Positions 57,964 to 64,000 of a stretch of DNA of 64,000 nucleotides are shown here, piece after piece (position 1 is the stretch's first letter; each line of letters begins with the position of its first letter). The DNA comes from Chloroflexota bacterium (GTDB lineage: Bacteria; Chloroflexota; Anaerolineae; UBA1429). The stretch lies in the NCBI GenBank assembly GCA_019873625.1, contig JAIOAW010000007.1, positions 13,596-77,595 on the forward strand. Reading direction: 5' to 3'. The notes under the pieces were generated by a model. The model ran no database searches and was not told the origin of the DNA. It saw nothing but the letters and a program-made list of their open reading frames with translations. Position numbers and translations under genes: made by a program.

Positions 57964-58490
57964 TTTGCCGTGCCAGGGGGTTGAGGGCTATCCGGCGCCC
58001 TGAGCAGTTCCACGAGCGAGGTGCCGATCTCTCGCTCCACCCGTTGCAGGGCGCGGCACCGCGCGATGGCCCAGCGCCAGCCTTGCGCATCGGCTTCCTC
58101 CAAACTAGCGATGAGGGCCTCCCAATCACCCTCGTAGAGGTCATCTCTCAGGCGGAGGAGGGCCACATCGGGCAGGGTATCGTCGGGGGTGCAGGGGCGA
58201 AGCAGCCAGGGCGGCGCGCTCGCCAAGGTGTACCACATCGCGCAGTCATCCTCCGCACCGCGCGCCTGGCCCTCCTCGATGGCCTCGGCCAAACGGAGCA
58301 GGGCTTGAGCGGCCTGGCGCAGTAGGCCGCAGGCCCGTGGAGAACCGGACGTTGCAAAGAGCCATTGCAAGGGCGCATCGGAAGATTCCGCTTGGGCGCG
58401 CAGGGTAGCCAGGTCTGGGCCGGTTCGGCAGGCCTCATCGTAAAAGAGGAGGCCGGCGAGAAGGGCTTCTACAAGGCTTGCTGTGTTCAT
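57960..58490 (-). CDS. hypothetical protein (176 aa), no recognisable domain
   Basis: ORF with AAAGG upstream. Acidic and Leu-rich (LLRLAEAIEEG...). It ends exactly at the aro promoter. It could be a real gene or a GC artefact. Confidence 0.3.
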   Translation of the reverse strand: MNTASLVEALLAGLLFYDEACRTGPDLATLRAQAESSDAPLQWLFATSGSPRACGLLRQAAQALLRLAEAIEEGQARGAEDDCAMWYTLASAPPWLLRPCTPDDTLPDVALLRLRDDLYEGDWEALIASLEEADAQGWRWAIARCRALQRVEREIGTSLVELLRAPDSPQPPGTAN

Positions 58491-58652
58491 CGGTTGCCTT
58501 TCGGTTTCACCGCTCGCAGCGCGGCCCTTCTAAGAGGCCCTATCGCCCGAGAGGTGAGGGTGGGGGGGAGAAACTCCTCATATCGTCCTCTTGGATCGTA
58601 TCCCAAAGGGGCGACGAAACCTGTCGCCGCGTCTTCTTAGGGGCAGGGTTTT

Positions 58653-59453
58653 CTAGGGCATCGGCGGAACGTCCTCCAGAAGCCATTCCAGCAGGCGATC
58701 TACCCACGAGCGCAGATCGGGCCATTCCTCGGCCAACCCCACGCCGTGCGGCCCGCTGGGGTAGATGTGTAGCGAGACGGGCACGCCCTGGGCGCGGCAG
58801 GCCTGGGCAAACCGGAGGCTATGGGAGGCGGGCACCACGTCATCATCTGCTGTGTGAAAGATAAAGGTGGGCGGGTTAGCCGGGGAGACGTGCAGTTCGT
58901 TGCTCAGTTGGCGACGCAGGGCTTCCGGTGGCCGGGGACCAAGGAGCGCCACGGCCGAGCCGAGGTGATACTCGCGCACCATCGAGATGACGGGGTAGGC
59001 CAAGGCCAGGCGATCGGGCCGGGCGCTGTAAAGGGCCGCAAGGTCATCCAGCGGGTCGCGGTGCACATCGGGCTGGGTGGCGATGGTGCTCGCCAAATGC
59101 CCGCCGGCGCTGAAGCCCATCAGGGTGAGCGCCCCTTGGCGCAGCCCCCAACGCGCGGCTTGAGCGCGCACCAGACGCACGGCACGGGCGGCGTCGGCCA
59201 TCGGCGCGGGGTAGCGATGGGGCGCTACGCGATAAACACACACCGCCGCGAGGAGGCCGTGCCGCGCAAAGAGCCGCGCAAAGGGTTCGCCCTCGTGGGG
59301 GGCGAGCATCTCATAGCCGCCGCCGGGCAAGATGATGATAGCCTGCCCCCGAAACGCCCCCGTGGGATGATATATCTCCAATCGGGGCCGCTGCGCGGTC
59401 TTGTTGTGGGGAGACCCATCGGGCCAGAGGAAGAGCGTCTCGTCAGCGGTCAT
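58653..59453 (-). CDS. alpha/beta hydrolase (esterase/lipase family)
   Basis: GFSAGGHLA is the GxSxG nucleophile elbow. The HGGG-like oxyanion region is IIILPGGGY. The true ATG at 59453 overlaps the SDR stop. The track ORF has a 155-aa spurious extension. Confidence 0.65.
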   Translation of the reverse strand: MTADETLFLWPDGSPHNKTAQRPRLEIYHPTGAFRGQAIIILPGGGYEMLAPHEGEPFARLFARHGLLAAVCVYRVAPHRYPAPMADAARAVRLVRAQAARWGLRQGALTLMGFSAGGHLASTIATQPDVHRDPLDDLAALYSARPDRLALAYPVISMVREYHLGSAVALLGPRPPEALRRQLSNELHVSPANPPTFIFHTADDDVVPASHSLRFAQACRAQGVPVSLHIYPSGPHGVGLAEEWPDLRSWVDRLLEWLLEDVPPMP

Positions 59454-60241
59454 AGCAGGCCCTGGATCGCGCCGCCATCCACCTGGATGGTGGCCCCGGT
59501 GATGTAAGAGGCCTTCTCGGAGGCCAAAAAGGCGATGAGCGCGGCGAGTTCCTCTGGGCGGCCCAGGCGCCCCATCGGGATGGCGGCCTGCGATTCCGCC
59601 AAGACCTCCTCCACCGTTCGCCCCTCGCGGGCAGCGCGATCGGCAGCCAGGGCGCGCACGCGGTCGGTAAGCATATAGCCGGGGCAGACGTTGTTGACGG
59701 TGATGCCCTCGGCGGCCACTTGGCCGGCCAAGGTCTTGGCCATAGCCACGACGCCGGCGCGCACGGCGTTGGAGAGGATGAGGTTCGGAATGGGCTGTTT
59801 GACGGCGAGGGAGACGATGTTGATGATGCGCCCCCAACGGCGGGAACGCATTTCGGGGAGGACGAGCCGCGTAAGCCGCACGGCGCTCATCAGGTTCAAC
59901 TGAAAAGCGGCGAGCCAATCCTCATCGGTTACATCGGTAAAGGTGCCCGGGGGCGGCCCGCCCGCGTTGTTCACCAGGATTTCCACCGGGCCGAGTTCGG
60001 CGCGCACGCGCGCCACAAGCGCTTCGCAATCGGCGGCACGGCTCACATCCGCGCGGACCGGGAGGATCGTGCTCCCGGTGGTTCGGCGGATTTCTTCCGC
60101 GGCGAGCGCTAGGTCGGCTTCGTTGCGCGCGGCAATGGCGACGGCGCACCCCTCTTCGGCGAGGGCGAGGGCTGTCGCTTTGCCCAGGCCTTTACTCGCG
60201 GCAGCCACTAAGGCGACCTTGCCTTGAATCCCTAATTCCAT
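59450..60241 (-). CDS. SDR-family oxidoreductase (FabG-like)
   Basis: GKVALVAAASKGLGKATA is the TGxxxGxG-like motif, NNAG is present, and the catalytic residues sit in a YxxxK-like context (SNAVRAGVVAMAK). Confidence 0.8.
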   Translation of the reverse strand: MELGIQGKVALVAAASKGLGKATALALAEEGCAVAIAARNEADLALAAEEIRRTTGSTILPVRADVSRAADCEALVARVRAELGPVEILVNNAGGPPPGTFTDVTDEDWLAAFQLNLMSAVRLTRLVLPEMRSRRWGRIINIVSLAVKQPIPNLILSNAVRAGVVAMAKTLAGQVAAEGITVNNVCPGYMLTDRVRALAADRAAREGRTVEEVLAESQAAIPMGRLGRPEELAALIAFLASEKASYITGATIQVDGGAIQGLL

Positions 60242-60250
60242 GGCGCTCCT

Positions 60251-61309
60251 TCAGGCTCTTTGTAAGGGGATGGTCGTGCCGCAATACTCGCAGCGGATGG
60301 ACGATAGCCCCCGCACCGGGCCAGCGCGGTCGAGCGCCGCCCCGCAAGAAGGGCACTTGGGCGGGATGATGAACACGGGCACCTCGGGCGCGCCGCCCGC
60401 CCGATCCTGCGCGACCTCGCCCGTTTGGCAGCGCAGGATGAGGGCGCGCCAGGTTTCGGAATCGGCGTCGAGTTCCAGTTCGGCGCGGCCAAAGGGCCCA
60501 CCTGGGGCGGGCGAGATGGCCAAAAGTTCGCGCTTCAGGACGAGCGCCCTGCGCGCCTCGGCCGCGTTGACCTCGCCAACCTGGGCAAGGGGTGCCTCCC
60601 AAACCACCTCTTGGATGGTCTCCGAGGCCGTGGTGATAAAGAGCACCTTTTTGCGGGCCACCTTTTCGCGCCGCTCGAAGATGAGACGCTGATCGGTGAG
60701 GAAGAGGATGCCCTCTTGGCGCTCATCTCCCCGTAGGAATCGCGCTTGGACGGCCTCCACGAGGCCCTCGCCCGGCTGGAGCACAAAACGCGCCTCGGCC
60801 AGCCAACCCATCATACGCGAGATATCGGCCACTTCACGAGAGAGGGCCTCCAGGTTCGTCAGGAACCCTCGGAACAGGTTCTGCACGGCATCGGCCGAGG
60901 CGTTCACAAGGTGCTCGCAGGCAGCGATTTCACTTTCCACGCGGCGCAAGGTAGGCTCGGCGGCGCTCAAAGGGCTGGAACGCAGGGCGGAAAGGCGACG
61001 CACGGATTCTTCGACGCTCAGGATAGCGGGCCGCAGCCTGGCGCTGTGGCTTTCGATGGCGTTCAGCACGCCAGGGCGCAGGCGCGGCCATTCCTCGGCG
61101 AGGGCGCTCAAGCGCGCCTCCCAGCCGGCGCGATAGAGGAACCCCCGGCTGCGGAGAGCGGCGATTTCCTGCGGCAGGCGGAGGAGATCGGCATCCGCCT
61201 GGGCCAGCCGGTTGCGCACATCGTTCAGGAGCGCGGCCCGTTCCAACGCGGCGAGCCGCTCCTCCAAACGGCGGACGGCCGCCTCAGCCGTGGGGGGTGG
61301 TTGCGTCAT
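60251..61309 (-). CDS. hypothetical protein: N-terminal coiled coil, central bacterial PH/GRAM-like domain, C-terminal zinc ribbon
   Basis: GILFLTDQRLIFERREK...VLFI is a bPH-like core. The C-terminus carries CPSCGAAL...CEYCGTTI. The start overlaps the PAP2 stop. Confidence 0.45.
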   Translation of the reverse strand: MTQPPPTAEAAVRRLEERLAALERAALLNDVRNRLAQADADLLRLPQEIAALRSRGFLYRAGWEARLSALAEEWPRLRPGVLNAIESHSARLRPAILSVEESVRRLSALRSSPLSAAEPTLRRVESEIAACEHLVNASADAVQNLFRGFLTNLEALSREVADISRMMGWLAEARFVLQPGEGLVEAVQARFLRGDERQEGILFLTDQRLIFERREKVARKKVLFITTASETIQEVVWEAPLAQVGEVNAAEARRALVLKRELLAISPAPGGPFGRAELELDADSETWRALILRCQTGEVAQDRAGGAPEVPVFIIPPKCPSCGAALDRAGPVRGLSSIRCEYCGTTIPLQRA

Positions 61310-62259
61310 CTTGGCTCCTTGAGAGGGGAGTTGGCATTTACCTCGTTTTTATTATTGCCGCCGTGAAGAGGCCTGTCAAGCACGGCAAGGCCCAAACGGG
61401 CCATCGCCCACGGCACGCCGAACATAACCCAAGCCCCTAGCGCGGCATAGCGCAAGAAGCGCAGCGCGGCAAACGAGGCGGCCTCTCCGAAGAGGGCTTT
61501 GAGGCTCAGATAAAGGAGGGCCACGCCGCCCATGCCGATGCCCAGCGCAGCGACCATCGCCCAGCCCCAGCGGGCGCGGCGGAAGCGCACCCAGCGCCGT
61601 TCCAAGGGGAGCGTGCCCGCTATGCCGGCCAGGGCCGCAGCGGCGATGAGGGCGTCGCCGGTGGGTTCGGCGTATAGGGCGAGGATAACGGCGGGCAGGG
61701 CCAAGCCAGCGCCGACCTGTAGGCCGAAGGGGAGGCCTCCCCAGGCGGCGGCTAAGCGATCTTGGTAGCGCCAAAAGAGGGCCAGACCAAGCGCCCCTAA
61801 TAGCCAACCGCCTAGGATATCTGTGGGAAAGTGCACCCCCAAATAGACGCGCGAGAGCGACACGAGCACGATGAGGAGCGCGGCCAGGGCCGTGAAGAGG
61901 CGCCTCTTCCAGCGCAGGGCCAGATACCCCCACAAGACGACGGCATTCTGCGCATGCCCGCTGGGCAGGCCGCCCCCTGTGGCCGAGGTGAGCATCAAGA
62001 CGCGCGGATCGTAGGCAAAGGGGCGCGGCTGGGCCAAGATGGCCTTGGCCACGGCGTTTAGGTAGGCGGAAGCCAAGAAGAGGAGGGTGAGGCGCACGGC
62101 CGTAGAGCGATCCACAAGCCAGTAGAGGAGCGGCAAGAGGAGGATGTAAAACGCCGCCTCGCCCGTCCAGGTGAGCACGCGAAAGGGTGCATCGAGCGCG
62201 GGGCTGAAGCGCTGGCACCAGAGGATGACTTCAACGCCCCAATTCAAGATAGGAGTCAT
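61306..62259 (-). CDS. PAP2-family phosphatase (type 2 phosphatidic acid phosphatase / undecaprenyl-PP phosphatase-like)
   Basis: The three PAP2 motifs are KxxxxxxRP (KAILAQPRP), PSGH and SRxxxxxHxxxD (SRVYLGVHFPTD). There are multiple TM helices. Confidence 0.75.
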   Translation of the reverse strand: MTPILNWGVEVILWCQRFSPALDAPFRVLTWTGEAAFYILLLPLLYWLVDRSTAVRLTLLFLASAYLNAVAKAILAQPRPFAYDPRVLMLTSATGGGLPSGHAQNAVVLWGYLALRWKRRLFTALAALLIVLVSLSRVYLGVHFPTDILGGWLLGALGLALFWRYQDRLAAAWGGLPFGLQVGAGLALPAVILALYAEPTGDALIAAAALAGIAGTLPLERRWVRFRRARWGWAMVAALGIGMGGVALLYLSLKALFGEAASFAALRFLRYAALGAWVMFGVPWAMARLGLAVLDRPLHGGNNKNEVNANSPLKEPR

Positions 62260-62462
62260 ATCGCCCGCCTTATCCCTTGGTGCTGGGCCTCCGCTTCACA
62301 AGGGGTCTCGCCTTAGCCCGTTTGTGGGAAACTTAACGCCTCGACGTGGGTGGTGCGCGCATTATCGCTGCGCGCCCGAAGAAGTCAAGCGAAATGCGGC
62401 GCAAAATTATGTTTGATAATGCATAAATTTTTTTGTAAAAAGGCTTTTTAGACAAAAAATAG

Positions 62463-62491
62463 TTGACATCTGGTCAAATTTGTGCTATACT
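62463..62491 (+). promoter_or_regulatory. near-consensus sigma-70 promoter (TTGACA-17-TATACT) with an AT-rich UP-like element
   Basis: TTGACA at 62463-68, a 17-nt spacer, then TATACT at 62486-91. The 80 bp upstream (62400-62462) are more than 75% AT in a roughly 67% GC genome. RBS AAGGAGG and an ATG lie 21 nt downstream of the -10 element. Confidence 0.55.
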
Positions 62492-62511
62492 CTTTGGTGA
62501 AAGGAGGGGCG

Positions 62512-62916
62512 ATGCGCACGATATTGACTCGGTGCCCTAACTGCGGCGGGGAGATGGAGGTTACCAGGCTCCATTGTACGCGCTGTGAGACGGTCATCTT
62601 GGCGCGGTACGATCCCTGCCCTTTCTGCCGCCTCAAACCCGAGAGCCAAGCCTTCATCACGGCCTTTGTGCGGTACCGTGGCAACCTCAAAGAGATGGAG
62701 CGCGAATTGGGCCAATCCTACTGGTCGCTGCGCAACCGCCTGCAAGAGATCATCCAGGAGCTGGGCTTTGAGGCGGTTCCCTCCCGCGAGGAACAGGGGG
62801 CCGAACGCGAAGCGGCCGTGGCGCGGCGCGAGATCCTCGAGCGCCTGGAGCGGGGCGAAATCAGCGTGGCCGAGGCAGTGGCGGCGCTTTCCAAGCGCGG
62901 CGAGGCCGCCCCATAA
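62512..62916 (+). CDS. DUF2089-like protein (N-terminal zinc ribbon, HTH-like middle, C-terminal SHOCT-like helix)
   Basis: MRTILTRCPNCGGEMEVTRLHCTRCETVI...CPFC is a Zn-ribbon pair. FVRYRGNLKEMERELGQSYWSLRNRL is HTH-like. The C-terminal EILERLERGEISVAEAVAAL is the SHOCT-like motif. Confidence 0.55.
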   Translation: MRTILTRCPNCGGEMEVTRLHCTRCETVILARYDPCPFCRLKPESQAFITAFVRYRGNLKEMERELGQSYWSLRNRLQEIIQELGFEAVPSREEQGAEREAAVARREILERLERGEISVAEAVAALSKRGEAAP

Positions 62917-62939
62917 AAATGTTCGAAAGAAGGAGCAAG

Positions 62940-63839
62940 ATGGACGAAGAACGGGAGCGTATCCTTCAGATGCTTGCGGAACGCAAGATCAGCGTGGATG
63001 AGGCCGTACAACTCTTAGAGGCCTTGGGCCAGGGAGGGCGGGCCGAGGGTATGGTGAACCCCTGGGAACGGGACGAGGCGGGGCGCGCCACGCGGCCCTT
63101 GATGGAAGACCCTTTTGCGCCCCCCGAGCCGGCCACACCCCCGCCCTTTGAGGCCGGGCCAGAAGATGCCCAGGCGAAACGGTGGGAGCGGGCTAAGCCC
63201 GATTGGCATGGGCGCGACCTGCGCGAGATGGACCTGCGCGGTTGGAACTTGATGGGGGCCGACCTCCATGGCGCGAACCTAGAGGGGGCCAACCTAAAAG
63301 GGGTAACGCTTATGGGCGCCAATCTGCACGAGGCGAATCTGCGCGGAGCGAACCTCAAGGGCGCCAACCTCACGGGCGCCAACTTGGAAGGCGCCAACCT
63401 CGAAGAGGCCGATCTCCACGGGGCGAACCTGCGAGGGGCCAACCTCCGGGGGCAGAACCTCGCCGAGTTGGACCTGCACGGCGCTAACCTGATGGGAACC
63501 AACCTCGAGGGGGCGCAGTTGGAGGATTGTGAACTCCACGGCGCGAACTTGCAAGGCGCCGTGCTCAAAGGGGCCAATCTGCGCGGTGCGGACCTCCACG
63601 GGGCGAACCTAACGGGGAGCAATCTCACGGAGGCGGACCTGGAGGGAGCCGACTTCCACGGGGCGAACCTTACTGGGGCCAACCTGGCGGGCGCTAAGCT
63701 GCGCGGCACGGATCTTCATGGGGCGAACTTGGCGGGCGTCAACCTACGGGGGATGGACCTTTCCGGCGCAGACCTCCACGAGACGGACTTGCGAGGTCGC
63801 AGCGCGCCCCAAGAGGAAGATGCCCCGCCAGAGGAATAG
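62940..63839 (+). CDS. pentapeptide-repeat protein with N-terminal SHOCT-like helix
   Basis: The N-terminus (RERILQMLAERKISVDEAVQLLEAL) has the same motif as the upstream protein's C-terminus. Roughly 28 tandem A(N/D)LxG pentapeptide repeats follow. The ATG at 62940 is preceded by AAGGAG. An alternative ATG at 62919 lies 2 nt after the upstream stop. Confidence 0.75.
   Translation: MDEERERILQMLAERKISVDEAVQLLEALGQGGRAEGMVNPWERDEAGRATRPLMEDPFAPPEPATPPPFEAGPEDAQAKRWERAKPDWHGRDLREMDLRGWNLMGADLHGANLEGANLKGVTLMGANLHEANLRGANLKGANLTGANLEGANLEEADLHGANLRGANLRGQNLAELDLHGANLMGTNLEGAQLEDCELHGANLQGAVLKGANLRGADLHGANLTGSNLTEADLEGADFHGANLTGANLAGAKLRGTDLHGANLAGVNLRGMDLSGADLHETDLRGRSAPQEEDAPPEE
63230..63800 (+). 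repeat. tandem 15-nt/30-nt DNA repeats encoding the pentapeptide-repeat array
   Basis: Recurring GGCGCGAACCT / GGGGCCAACCT units (e.g. 63271-63420). It is a coding repeat, not a CRISPR. Confidence 0.7.
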
Positions 63840-63845
63840 ACCTTA

Positions 63846-63876
63846 CCCTCCCGCAGGTTTCTAAACTGCGGGAGGG
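63846..63876. terminator. hairpin downstream of the pentapeptide gene (probable terminator between convergent genes)
   Basis: Perfect 11-bp stem CCCTCCCGCAG/CTGCGGGAGGG with a 9-nt loop. Confidence 0.4.
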
Positions 63877-63896
63877 TTCACTGCACCTGACGATCC

Positions 63897-64000
63897 TCAG
63901 CCCGCCCGCACCGTAATATCGGAGACAAAGTGCACGGCCTCCACCCGCACGCGCCGTTTGGCCTCTTCATATTCCGGTGTGGCGTAGGTGATGGGGGAGA
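63897..64000 (-). CDS. 3' end of a minus-strand gene continuing beyond the window; product unknown
   Basis: The open minus-strand frame ends ...ITYATPEYEEAKRRVRVEAVHFVSDITVRAG* with TGA at 63897-63899. Confidence 0.3.
   Translation of the reverse strand, partial: SPITYATPEYEEAKRRVRVEAVHFVSDITVRAG

Noticed and set aside
63230-63800. Regular short DNA repeats that could be mistaken for a CRISPR array
   Set aside because: The repeats are 15-nt coding units of the pentapeptide-repeat protein, in frame, without unique spacers and with no cas genes nearby.

Overview
This 64 kb window is high-GC (roughly 65-68% by eye), gene-dense bacterial chromosomal DNA with housekeeping content. I saw no transposase, integrase, CRISPR array or obvious defense genes. 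The lineage is probably a monoderm, possibly thermophilic, Chloroflexota-like organism; this is inference only. Nearly every long ORF has a GC-driven shadow ORF on the opposite strand, and these were discarded.

Gene content, from 5' to 3':
- a PfkB sugar kinase; a Cys-rich DUF3795-like protein plus flavodoxin on the minus strand;
- two adjacent CAU-anticodon tRNAs: one initiator-like, one Ile2(lysidine)-like;
- a translationally coupled minus-strand triad: cyclophilin-like protein, SdhA/FrdA-like FAD flavoprotein, GT39/ArnT-like membrane glycosyltransferase;
- a complete high-affinity phosphate transporter set pstS-pstC-pstA-pstB-pstB-phoU, followed by an MFS transporter, ilvD and an M19 dipeptidase;
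- tRNA-Arg(UCU) with a consensus promoter; a TauE/SafE exporter with a 55-aa upstream membrane ORF; a DUF362 Fe-S protein;
- a minus-strand operon joining an ECF vitamin-transporter module (ecfA1-ecfA2-ecfT-S component) to CoA biosynthesis (coaX-coaBC) and an S58/DmpA peptidase;
- hcp (hybrid-cluster protein); gap under a consensus sigma-70 promoter; a FemAB-family protein;
- a NarL-type histidine kinase and response regulator, then an ECF sigma factor with a putative anti-sigma factor;
- a six-gene oligopeptide ABC operon with two substrate-binding proteins; a LysM protein and ComF;
- a PaaK-like adenylate-forming enzyme plus flavodoxin; plsY; a solitary ftsZ;
- an eight-gene aromatic amino acid super-operon on the minus strand: aroH, DAHP synthase, tyrA, aroA, aroE, aroC, an aroK-aroB fusion, aroQ;
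- a PAP2 / coiled-coil-PH-Zn-ribbon / SDR / esterase operon;
- a DUF2089 plus pentapeptide-repeat gene pair driven by a perfect TTGACA-17-TATACT promoter inside an AT-rich island.

The most interesting thing I found is an unannotated leader in front of the aromatic super-operon. It has a promoter, a 59-codon ORF carrying the cluster F-A-F-Y-F-Y-Y-P-R-Y-F, and mutually exclusive antiterminator/terminator hairpins. This looks like a classical ribosome-mediated Phe/Tyr attenuation system.

Other points worth a second look are the ECF-CoA-DmpA operon, the cyclophilin-like/FAD/GT-C triad, a GCGAGGC-hairpin array between hcp and ecfA1, and the DUF2089/pentapeptide pair, whose two proteins share a SHOCT-like motif.
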